Shown in pieces: positions 29,691 through 38,069 of a stretch of 64,000 nucleotides of DNA. Numbering within the stretch: position 1 is the first letter of the stretch; every line of letters starts with the position of its first letter. Under the pieces are notes generated by a model. That model ran no database searches. It saw only the letters and a program-made list of their open reading frames with translations, and was not told the DNA's origin. Origin of the DNA: Fimbriimonadales bacterium (GTDB lineage Bacteria > Armatimonadota > Fimbriimonadia > Fimbriimonadales > ATM1); NCBI GenBank assembly GCA_041744215.1, contig JBGTLG010000015.1, forward strand, positions 165,973-229,972, in the 5' to 3' direction. Position numbers and translations under genes: made by a program.

Positions 29691-30416
29691 TCACCCTCCA
29701 AGCAGATTGCGCCTCGCGGGCAGCTCGCCTTCCAAGAACTCGATCCAAAATGGGAGAATCGCCTTTGAAACCTCGACCGCGCTCCTAAGGAACGTTGGCG
29801 GAGCCTCAAGTTCCTGAAGGCCACGGAGTGCGGCAATGGTTTGCCCAGAGACCGAGAGAGCAGGCCACCCCTCTTCCACCTCCCCGAAACCGACTGCGCC
29901 ACCTGCGCGCGGGCAAAGTACAGCTCGACCGGGTGGTATCGGCTCGCCAGTTTGCACCGATACGCCAAACTCCGGCGCGTGACCGATCAGCTCCATGAGA
30001 CGCAAATCTCCCCAAGCCAGCGGCGCCAGCGCTTCTTTGCTGCACTCAATCGCCTCTAGAACGAGGAGGCACAGGTCGAACGCGTCCTCATGGGGTTCTC
30101 CCGTGTGCAATGCAGCATCAAGCGTCTCTAACCAAACGAGCGAAGTACAAAGCCGGGCGTAATCAGTCCGAAGGCCCCCAAATGAGCGGGTTGGCTGTGC
30201 CTGTATGATGTAGTCGGTGTGACGCCCTGAAGCTAGTTCGAGCGAAGATCGCGTCAGCGGCTCGGTTATCCCCGCAAGCTTGCTGCGCGCCTTTCTCGCG
30301 CCCCTCGCCACCGCTACCACCTTCCCGCGCTCACGCGTTAAGAGAGAAACCCGCCGGTCAGACTCGGATGAATCCCACCGGCGCAACACCACGGCATCCA
30401 CCGTGGACGACGACAT
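29691..30416 (-). CDS. recO: DNA repair protein RecO
   Basis: AVVLRRWDSSESDRRVSLLTRERGKVVAVARGARKARSK OB-fold; degenerate Zn-finger region. Confidence 0.9.
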   Translation of the reverse strand: MSSSTVDAVVLRRWDSSESDRRVSLLTRERGKVVAVARGARKARSKLAGITEPLTRSSLELASGRHTDYIIQAQPTRSFGGLRTDYARLCTSLVWLETLDAALHTGEPHEDAFDLCLLVLEAIECSKEALAPLAWGDLRLMELIGHAPEFGVSVQTGEPIPPGRAVLCPRAGGAVGFGEVEEGWPALSVSGQTIAALRGLQELEAPPTFLRSAVEVSKAILPFWIEFLEGELPARRNLLGG

Positions 30417-30417
30417 T

Positions 30418-31203
30418 TTAGAGCGGCGGTCCCAGCCTCAGCCACTCGATCAATAGGAAATAAGCACGGTCGATAAAGAGCACGAATCGCGTCATCATCG
30501 TCGTGCCGAAAATCGCACCCAGCCCAATCATTAGCAACCATCGACCATATAGAGCCGAGCGCTGAACGAGCTTGTTCTTCTGTTCGAAGCTGTACAGGAA
30601 GTAGCTGAGGACTACGAGGAAGGTCAGCACCAGAATGATGTTGCTGACGGCATTGGAGATAGTCAGCGTGCCCGGAGGCTGTCCTGCCCCCGCCAACTCC
30701 CATGTGTTGGGAATGATCGGAACGGTCGTCGCCGCGAGTTGCGGCAAAAACTCCTCCTGGAACGCGCTGAACTGTTGCCCTGCCCAAAGCCCAAGGATGA
30801 TCCCGATAGGGATTCGGCTCAACCACGCCTGTTTCCGGCTGAAGACAAACAACCCCATAAAGCCGATTGGCAATAGCACCGCCCACGCCCACCGCCCAAG
30901 CGCCATCGGCATTGCGTCGGTTGGCACCTTGCCCAGCATCGCATCCCACCATTGGTCAGCGAGCACCTGAGTCCAGGCGACCACGATGGCGTACCCGGCG
31001 GCCAGCCCCACAAAGATATGCTCGACAAATCGGTACAGCTTGTTTTCGCGGTAGAGCAAACTGTAGATGCCGATTGTTAGGAATGCCCCGATGGTCAGAA
31101 CAACCATCGGCGGCATGATCTGCCAATCCTCTTTCTTAGTTAGCTCCTGCCACCACTCACCTTTGAAGATGCTGTGGTCAACTTGTGCAAGAAATTTCAT
31201 CAT
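30418..31203 (-). CDS. Conserved hypothetical polytopic membrane protein (operon subunit D)
   Basis: LTIGIYSLLYRENKLYRFVEHIFVGLAAGY and GRWLLMIGLGAIFGTTMMTR; about 6-7 TM segments. Confidence 0.8.
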   Translation of the reverse strand: MMKFLAQVDHSIFKGEWWQELTKKEDWQIMPPMVVLTIGAFLTIGIYSLLYRENKLYRFVEHIFVGLAAGYAIVVAWTQVLADQWWDAMLGKVPTDAMPMALGRWAWAVLLPIGFMGLFVFSRKQAWLSRIPIGIILGLWAGQQFSAFQEEFLPQLAATTVPIIPNTWELAGAGQPPGTLTISNAVSNIILVLTFLVVLSYFLYSFEQKNKLVQRSALYGRWLLMIGLGAIFGTTMMTRFVLFIDRAYFLLIEWLRLGPPL

Positions 31204-32048
31204 GACGAGTTTCCTGCCTTACGAACCATTACCATCGCGATATTGCCGAAAATGACAGCGACGATGAGTAGCATTAGCGCGAACGCAAGAGGACCCATGT
31301 ATCTCTGCCCGGCCGCCAAGTTGATCATCTTTTGATCTTCCTTGTACTTATCTTGCAACAACGTTTCGTAATCAAATGCGCCTTTTGCGCCAATCGCCAA
31401 TCCAAAAAGCTGGCCGCTGGCATAATAAGGAATGTTCTCTGCGCTCATGACAGCAGTGCAGAACAGTCCCAGTTTAGTCTTGTTCCGCATTCGCTGATAC
31501 CAGATATTGATGCTTGCCGACGCCGTCACAAGAATCACAGCCCGGCAGTCCGAAAGATCCGAGATGTTCGCCATCACAGGCGTGTTCACCACTCCCCTCG
31601 GTGCAAACTCTTTTCGAATGTCGTTCACGACGCCAAAGACATAGTTAGGGGCATCAGGAAAGAACCCTGCGATGACATAGTCCCGACCCTGCTCGTAATC
31701 GTTGTTGCCATGCTCCTTCGCAACTTCTTCAATGTTAACTCGAGCAACTTCGATCGCTTGTCCATCAATCGACGTTACAATAATCTTGACCTTCTTGCGC
31801 ATCAAGTGACGCATCAATGCTTGGAACTGGCTCCGACTTTCGCCACGAGTGCTGTTCGTCCAGTCGCTCTGAACAAGGACTACATCGCCCTCATTCATAG
31901 AGTCGATGTAATCGAACAATGAATCAGTCTTTGTAGATACAACGTTTTCGGCCTGGAGGGGTGACACCACTTGCCAGCCGACCAGAATCATGAGGACCAA
32001 GTAGAGGATCCGTCGATCAAGGGTTAGGAGCGCTTGCCAAACCTTCAT
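31200..32048 (-). CDS. Conserved hypothetical protein, TM - alpha/beta domain - TM (DUF6754-related; subunit C)
   Basis: DRRILYL N-terminal TM, PYYASGQLFGL..G.KGA..YE, C-terminal TM ..IFGNI; ATGA overlaps at both ends. Confidence 0.8.
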   Translation of the reverse strand: MKVWQALLTLDRRILYLVLMILVGWQVVSPLQAENVVSTKTDSLFDYIDSMNEGDVVLVQSDWTNSTRGESRSQFQALMRHLMRKKVKIIVTSIDGQAIEVARVNIEEVAKEHGNNDYEQGRDYVIAGFFPDAPNYVFGVVNDIRKEFAPRGVVNTPVMANISDLSDCRAVILVTASASINIWYQRMRNKTKLGLFCTAVMSAENIPYYASGQLFGLAIGAKGAFDYETLLQDKYKEDQKMINLAAGQRYMGPLAFALMLLIVAVIFGNIAMVMVRKAGNSS

Positions 32049-33244
32049 TCAGATACACCTCGCTCAAGGCCGAAGAGGATACGCATGCCCATAGCAAGCA
32101 CACCCAACGCAAGGCCTAAGTTGATGGCACGGATCGCTGGCGTGTTTAGATACGCCAGGATCCAGTCGCTTATCGAATCCAGCCTCAGGTTTCCAATGAA
32201 CTGATCCGAAGGCAGTCCGCTCGTGATTGCAAGTCCCAGCGGGACGAAACTCAATAGGATGATTAGAGCGGTGAACATCAGAATCGTGGCTTCGATAGAC
32301 CGCAGCCGGAAAGCGCGAAACGCAGCGGATAGAATGAAGAACGCGATCAAGCTGAATGTTGCGGCGTCCAGGACCTGAAGCATGTCCGTAAAAACGAATC
32401 GCTGGCTCTGCGCGATGAATCCTCGGGCCTGCTCCGCTCTCGCCCCCGCCCTGGCAAGTCCAGCAATCTCCGGTGTCATTTCGCCCGAGGCGGCGGCCGC
32501 TTCGATTTGGGCAGTCGACGCTGCAACAGCCGTCTCATAGACATCCTCCGCTTCAGTCTTTCGCGTCTCAAACTCCTCACGCGAGATCTCTCCCTTGCGC
32601 AAACGTCGGAACGCATCGTTCTCTGCATTCTGCTTAGTGGTGAATGCCTGTGACTCACTCCCCAAAGTCGCGACCTGCACCCAGCGCTCACTCATCTCCT
32701 GAGACTCCGCGGCCTTGTCGATCTCTGCGAGAGTGACATCAAGGCCGCGGCGCTCACTAAAGTTGGCCATTCCGAAGAACAACATCGTGAACATGCTGAT
32801 CAGCAAGACCGCGCTAAAGAACCAGTCCTTTTGCGCCTTCAGCAACCTGCCGAAGTGAACACGAAAAATGCTTATGACGCCAAGGACCAAGAGCATCGCA
32901 GAGATGATCTGAGCGGTTGACGAAGCGACAGGCAGAGCAGCTAACCAGTTCCCGATAACCGGTACCGGTGCGATCTCTTCACCTGTGGCGAGTCGCTGCT
33001 TCGGGATCAACCACTCTGCAACGTAATAGAAACCGCAGAGAAACGTCACGCCAACAATCAAAGGCTTCCTGAAGTTGCTCGGTACACGAGCGATTAGGAA
33101 AAGCAGAATTGAGGTGACGATAATCGTGCCAACAACCCACCAAAAGATTGGTTGGCTTAGTATTGGATCTGACGTACGCTCTAGAGCCCAGATGTTGGTG
33201 CCAGGCGGTGTGTCCTGCGCAAGGAATTGAATGGACCAGTTCAT
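32045..33244 (-). CDS. Conserved hypothetical polytopic membrane protein (subunit B)
   Basis: ATFSLIAFFILSAAFRAFRLRSIEATILM and PAIRAINLGLALGVLAMGMRILFGLER; coiled-coil loop in the middle. Confidence 0.8.
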   Translation of the reverse strand: MNWSIQFLAQDTPPGTNIWALERTSDPILSQPIFWWVVGTIIVTSILLFLIARVPSNFRKPLIVGVTFLCGFYYVAEWLIPKQRLATGEEIAPVPVIGNWLAALPVASSTAQIISAMLLVLGVISIFRVHFGRLLKAQKDWFFSAVLLISMFTMLFFGMANFSERRGLDVTLAEIDKAAESQEMSERWVQVATLGSESQAFTTKQNAENDAFRRLRKGEISREEFETRKTEAEDVYETAVAASTAQIEAAAASGEMTPEIAGLARAGARAEQARGFIAQSQRFVFTDMLQVLDAATFSLIAFFILSAAFRAFRLRSIEATILMFTALIILLSFVPLGLAITSGLPSDQFIGNLRLDSISDWILAYLNTPAIRAINLGLALGVLAMGMRILFGLERGVSE

Positions 33245-33245
33245 G

Positions 33246-34913
33246 CTACTGCCTCTTCTCCCTGGTCAGCTTCAAGAACCATGTGTCAGTTCTCCAATCG
33301 ATGTACTTCTGATCATTAGCTTCGTAAAGCGTCCGCTCCTCAATCGTCAGGCTGTTCGGATCGACAGGCCGAATTTGATTGTACGAGTGGATCACAACAG
33401 CCCCGAGAATGAACGCCATAAACAGCATCTTTGACCAGTCGACGCCGATGAGGCTTCCCAACAAGACGGGCTGTCGTCCCAGATAAGCACTCGCGGCGTA
33501 GAACTCATCGCCGAGCAACACGTAGTCGCAGGCCGCAATGAAAAACGGCGTCTGCGTTGTTTGCGTCGAAGCGGCCACCTGGATTGCGCCCACGATGTTA
33601 GCGTTCTCCGCAAAGATCATCGATTCGGCAAAAAACTCGCCCATGAAGAACGCGGCCGCAACTCGCTCACGTTGAATGATGCCGGCAACTCCGGATGCAA
33701 ACGCGAACTGGCGATCTGAAACAAACCGAACGCTGTCTGGATCGAACTGCTCCGGAACTCCTTCGCTCAAGTACACGTCACGAGCGATCTCTTGGGCAAC
33801 GCCAAAGACTGCCGGGTTAGCAGTAAGCAGCCTGATAGGCGTCGCAAATCTCGCAGCTGACCGGATGACTGACCCGAACACGGTCAGCGCCTGCACAGAG
33901 ATTCCGTCCAATACGCCGATGCCTGGCACCATTAAGACCGGACGAGCGGTTTCTGTCGCGCGCCCGATCGCTTCGTCGATCTGGTCGAGTCCGGCAATTC
34001 GCCGGATCGTCAACGTTTTGCCTTTCTTTGCACGCAGAATGTTGAAGATGATGAAAGCGCCGACCAGGAGCACGGTGCCGATCAACATCCAGCCGCTCTT
34101 TGAAAACTGCAGTCCGCCAGCCCAACGAATCGAGTCATCGAGGAGAGCCCTATCAGCATACGCGCTAACCTCGTCGACACTGCCAAACGCTTCTGACCTG
34201 AACACCAAGACGCCTTCCGGCGTGTCCGGGTCGGCGATGTCGAGAGTGTAGGTTCCGTCGGGGAGTTTCCAGCCATAGAGCTGAAACTCAGTCAGGGTGC
34301 GTGCCCAGTCCAGAGTCGCGCCGCCCAAAGCTTCAGACCGCTGCTGGATCCATTCAAGGTGGTTGTCCGTCCAGTTGCCTAACTCTCCTTGGGCCTGAAT
34401 CAGGTTCGCAAACTCCCGACTCTCGGTGATTGTGATCCCGCCTAGAGCATCCGAGGCCGGGATGTCAACAACGACGACATTGGAAGGCAGCGTGTAAGCA
34501 TACAGGGGACCGCCGGGCGACGAACCAACCATCGAACTGGATGTCGCGCCGAGCTCAGTCGTACGGTTGGATCGCACGATACTCACCGGGTGCTGCGTCC
34601 CCCGGTCGGCACGCTCCTCAGTCAACAGCCACGCACGAGCAGAGCCCTCATCCGAGAATGGAAGGGATTCAATCACGTGGATAGCACCGCCTACTACTTC
34701 GACGCGGTCGACAATCGCTTGCCTCGACTCGAGGTTCCACAGATAGAACGAAACGTCGTCGCGCGTAAACTCCTGCTTTTCGCTGTTTTTTGCGACCAGA
34801 GCCGTTTGTCGCGCGCTGAGGTAGGCGGCTTCATCCGCGAAGCGCGGGCCACCGCAGCCGACCGTCAGCGCAAGGAGTGCGGTCGCTGTTGCCAAAAAGA
34901 GGAGCCGCCTCAC
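33246..34913 (-). CDS. Lipoprotein with repeated ectodomain and DUF6754-like C-terminal domain (subunit A)
   Basis: Lipobox LTVG-C; IRRIAGLDQIDEAIGRATE, QFAFASG, FFAESMIFAE, PFFIAACDYVLLGDEFYAASAYL. Confidence 0.8.
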   Translation of the reverse strand: MRRLLFLATATALLALTVGCGGPRFADEAAYLSARQTALVAKNSEKQEFTRDDVSFYLWNLESRQAIVDRVEVVGGAIHVIESLPFSDEGSARAWLLTEERADRGTQHPVSIVRSNRTTELGATSSSMVGSSPGGPLYAYTLPSNVVVVDIPASDALGGITITESREFANLIQAQGELGNWTDNHLEWIQQRSEALGGATLDWARTLTEFQLYGWKLPDGTYTLDIADPDTPEGVLVFRSEAFGSVDEVSAYADRALLDDSIRWAGGLQFSKSGWMLIGTVLLVGAFIIFNILRAKKGKTLTIRRIAGLDQIDEAIGRATETARPVLMVPGIGVLDGISVQALTVFGSVIRSAARFATPIRLLTANPAVFGVAQEIARDVYLSEGVPEQFDPDSVRFVSDRQFAFASGVAGIIQRERVAAAFFMGEFFAESMIFAENANIVGAIQVAASTQTTQTPFFIAACDYVLLGDEFYAASAYLGRQPVLLGSLIGVDWSKMLFMAFILGAVVIHSYNQIRPVDPNSLTIEERTLYEANDQKYIDWRTDTWFLKLTREKRQ

Positions 34914-35209
34914 GCCGTCCTCTCCTCTGGAGTTTCACGCTGTTCGAGGCGCCGTATGAGCATTTCGATGTTCTCCCTGCTGCTGATGAACTGAGAGTAT
35001 TCGTCGACAGATTTGAACCCGAAGAAAGGCATCACGAACGGCGATACTGCGACCACCGCGTGAGCAGCGATGTTAGCGATAGGCTTATGCATCTCAAGAA
35101 AGAGAATCGCCGGAGTCTGGAGCTTTCTCTTTGAGATCTCCTCCGAAACCCTCCGAATGATGGTCTCTCTCTGCTCCTCCGTCAGTGGGCTGTCCCAAAT
35201 CGCCGGCAT
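34910..35209 (-). CDS. Conserved hypothetical small protein
   Basis: PAILFLEMHKP...SPF...RENIEMLIRRLE; stop overlaps the next start (GTGA). Confidence 0.7.
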   Translation of the reverse strand: MPAIWDSPLTEEQRETIIRRVSEEISKRKLQTPAILFLEMHKPIANIAAHAVVAVSPFVMPFFGFKSVDEYSQFISSRENIEMLIRRLEQRETPEERTA

Positions 35210-35624
35210 GTTTAGTTCTCCAATACGAGACTGCGTCCTCGATCTCCTGCAAGTTTTCGCTCGCTCGCAAAAAGACGCCCCGAAACGGAGCGGTTCGCGA
35301 CGAGGTAGCGAGGGGCGACAGTTTTACACCATCTTCGCCTCGGATCACCCGTTTGACGTCGCCCCAGGCGATAAAAGTCGTCGAGAGGCCGCACCGACTC
35401 GAAGCGCCGTCCGACCGCAGCTGATACCGGACGGGCAGAAGAAAGTCCGAGAGTGCGAAGAGAATAACGGCGGCGCATATGGGAAACAGCCAGATAGAAC
35501 TCATGAGCACAGCCCCAAGCCCCCCCGCCGCGGCCGCAACCGTCACGACGAGCGCCGCCTTCGCAGGCTCGGATCTTGCTAAGTGAACTGTCCAACTGAG
35601 TTCCCGTGGTTCGACTTCTTTCAT
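35094..35624 (-). CDS. Hypothetical membrane protein (2 TM + PH-like beta domain)
   Basis: LSWTVHLAR, two TMs, FLLPVRY, GVKLSPL...FRGVFL; start trimmed to MKEVEP. Confidence 0.65.
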   Translation of the reverse strand: MKEVEPRELSWTVHLARSEPAKAALVVTVAAAAGGLGAVLMSSIWLFPICAAVILFALSDFLLPVRYQLRSDGASSRCGLSTTFIAWGDVKRVIRGEDGVKLSPLATSSRTAPFRGVFLRASENLQEIEDAVSYWRTKHAGDLGQPTDGGAERDHHSEGFGGDLKEKAPDSGDSLS

Positions 35625-35730
35625 CCTTAGACTTTCGCAGTACCGTGTTGGATTCGCCCACTTTACATCCGCGCACCGGCAACTCGCCTCCATGAGACCC
35701 CGAGATCACTTATGCAACACCACAAAGCAC

Positions 35731-35761
35731 GATCCGGGCTCCCAAAAGGGGAGCCCGGATC
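35731..35761 (-). terminator. Terminator hairpin downstream of 35786..36955
   Basis: GATCCGGGCTCCC-AAAAG-GGGAGCCCGGATC, a 13-bp perfect stem. Confidence 0.65.
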
Positions 35762-35785
35762 GATGCCTGTGCGTTAGCGAACGAG

Positions 35786-36955
35786 CTACCGCGTTCGGAA
35801 CTTCGCTTCGAGGTCTCGGCCCTCGAATCTGGACTTAACCTCCATATAGGAGACTGAGCGAAGATCCCGCGACAGGTCCATGCGACCCGTGCCGGAGGCG
35901 CGTCGCCCGTACGCAGACGTGAGCCTGAGGTCGACCCGCGTACTGCCTTGGCGGTAGGTGTAGGTTCCTTCAAACGAGTGATAGCCCCGCCCGTCGTACC
36001 ATTGGCTTGTGAACTGGCCGCCTGGACGAAGATTGACATCCATCCACCGGATCGCAGTTTTAGCGTTGCCATACTTCACTTCGCCGGAACCCGAATGAGA
36101 GGCCCGTAGCTCGAAGTAGGGTGAGCCGCCACCATACGAACTCGAGGCATCAAACTGCGCCATGAACCGGTCTCCGTTCGCATAACCTGACATGAAGATC
36201 CTGCTGAAGCCCCTTCGGTCTGCGGCAAAGATCACCGTGCCGGAACCGCTCGCTCGCCGATCACCAGCCGCATTCGTGATGCGAAGATCGACCGTGTTCG
36301 AGTTGCGTTCCGTCCAAGTGCCGCTGAAGGTGTAGGGAAATCTCCCAGAGAGGTTGACCGTGAAGTGACCGGTCGGCAGGAGAGACACCGTCGCCTCGTG
36401 GACTTGGGTAGTTCCGCTCCGATTGAACGAGACTGTACCTGACCCGCGTTGAGGGAGGGCACCAAAGCTCGGTCCTCCGAACCCCGGGGGGCCGAAGCCA
36501 GGTCCACCCACGCCGCCGGAGCGGTAAGGAGCGAACGACAGGCTAAACGAAGACCGATTCGCCCAACCTGATAAATCCAGCCGAGTGATAGTATTTAGCT
36601 GAGAGCCGTAGCTGACCGTGCCGCTCCCTTGAGCGTTACGGTCGTTAAACGCGTTGTGAACCGACAGCCTAACGCTGTTGGAGCCGCCTTGGCTCCAAGA
36701 GCCGTAGATTCTGTGTCGATTGCGACCCACTACGTGCAGGTCAAACGTGAAGTCGCCTTTGAGATGCAATTCGACGCGTTCGACCTGCATCTCTTTTGAG
36801 CCTTCCCACTGCAGCCATCCGTCGCCGCGGCCGGTTGACGTTCCCAGGGCGTACGAACTGCGTGGTTGGGCTACCGCCAGACTCGCCGCACAAAGCAGTG
36901 CTGCGGCGCAAATGGTCCGTGCATAGGTTGCAACAAGATTTGTTCTCAACTTCAT
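35786..36955 (-). CDS. Secreted protein with three tandem ~105-aa beta-rich repeats
   Basis: Signal peptide (..SLAVA-Q); repeats G.G...../G.W..../V.L....A..R.A.G.G; strong SD AAGGAGG. Confidence 0.75.
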   Translation of the reverse strand: MKLRTNLVATYARTICAAALLCAASLAVAQPRSSYALGTSTGRGDGWLQWEGSKEMQVERVELHLKGDFTFDLHVVGRNRHRIYGSWSQGGSNSVRLSVHNAFNDRNAQGSGTVSYGSQLNTITRLDLSGWANRSSFSLSFAPYRSGGVGGPGFGPPGFGGPSFGALPQRGSGTVSFNRSGTTQVHEATVSLLPTGHFTVNLSGRFPYTFSGTWTERNSNTVDLRITNAAGDRRASGSGTVIFAADRRGFSRIFMSGYANGDRFMAQFDASSSYGGGSPYFELRASHSGSGEVKYGNAKTAIRWMDVNLRPGGQFTSQWYDGRGYHSFEGTYTYRQGSTRVDLRLTSAYGRRASGTGRMDLSRDLRSVSYMEVKSRFEGRDLEAKFRTR

Positions 36956-36984
36956 TGTCTTGAACCTCCTTGGGTTATGCCTAA

Positions 36985-37012
36985 TGAACGTTTGAACGGG
37001 CTGAGCGTTACC
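36985..37012 (-). promoter_or_regulatory. ECF-sigma-type promoter (GGTAAC-N16-CGTTCA)
   Basis: Motif on the minus strand about 30 nt upstream of the 36955 start; matches the motif upstream of the ECF sigma gene. Confidence 0.5.
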
Positions 37013-37091
37013 TGAGCCAACGCCACGTGGGCACTCAGTCCTTTAGACTTCCCGCCCAGAGGGCCCGTTCCCCTCACTCGACAGCCGTAGA

Positions 37092-38069
37092 CTATCTCCA
37101 ACCAGAGAACAGGCTGCTGACTGACCTATCGAGGTGGATCCTGCGGATTGCCTCACCCAAGAGAGGTGCAGCAGGGAGAACAGTCAGCTTGGGGAATTGC
37201 TTCCTCGGCTCGATTGGAATCGTGTCCGTGGCGATGACTCGGCTGACGGGCCCTTCCTGAAGTCGCTGCGGCGCGCTCGCGCTGAAAACGGCATGAGTGC
37301 AGGTGACGATGACATCCTTAGCTCCGCGGCCCAAAAGCGCCTCGGCGCCGTGAATCACCGACCCACCACTGTCGACGATGTCGTCAATCATGACGGCGAT
37401 CTTCCCTTCGACGTCGCCGATGATCTCCATGATGTCGACTTTGCCGGGCTCGGGACGCCGCTTGGCGATGATGGCGAGCGGTTTGCCGAGATGTTCAGCC
37501 AGCGCCCTCGCCCTTGTCACCCCGCCGACATCCGGCGATACGACCACAACATCCCGGTCTTCAAATCCTTCGCTGATGAGGTACTTCCCGATCTCTGGCC
37601 CTAGATAAAGATGGTCGACAGGGATGTTGAAGAAGCCTTGGATCTGTTCCGCGTGCAGATCGCAAGTCAAGATTCGGTGCGCCCCAGCCATCTCGATGAG
37701 ATCGGCCACCAATCTGGCGGTCACTGGTTCACGCGGCTTGATCTTCTTGTCCTGCCGAGCGTAGCCGTAGTACGGCATCACAACGGTTACGCGCCTCGCC
37801 GATGCCCGCCGGAAAGCGTCCAGCATGATCAGGAGTTCCATGATGTTGTCGTTCGTTGGGTGACAGGTCGGTTGAACGAGGAAAATGTCGCAGCCTCGCG
37901 CGCTCTCATTGACCTGGACCTGCGTCTCGCCGTCACTAAACCGGGTGCAAGTCAGCCGCCCCATCTGCACGCCAAGGTAGTCGGCGATGTTGTGCGCCAA
38001 CTCTGGGTGCGCGTTGCCCGTAAACAGCCGCATCATCGACAAATCGTCCTTGATAACATCGTGATTCAT
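37092..38069 (-). CDS. prs: Ribose-phosphate pyrophosphokinase
   Basis: FSDGET, PYYGYARQD, DLHAEQIQGFF, VSPDVGG, IDDIVDSGG; ATG overlaps the glmU stop. Confidence 0.97.
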   Translation of the reverse strand: MNHDVIKDDLSMMRLFTGNAHPELAHNIADYLGVQMGRLTCTRFSDGETQVQVNESARGCDIFLVQPTCHPTNDNIMELLIMLDAFRRASARRVTVVMPYYGYARQDKKIKPREPVTARLVADLIEMAGAHRILTCDLHAEQIQGFFNIPVDHLYLGPEIGKYLISEGFEDRDVVVVSPDVGGVTRARALAEHLGKPLAIIAKRRPEPGKVDIMEIIGDVEGKIAVMIDDIVDSGGSVIHGAEALLGRGAKDVIVTCTHAVFSASAPQRLQEGPVSRVIATDTIPIEPRKQFPKLTVLPAAPLLGEAIRRIHLDRSVSSLFSGWR

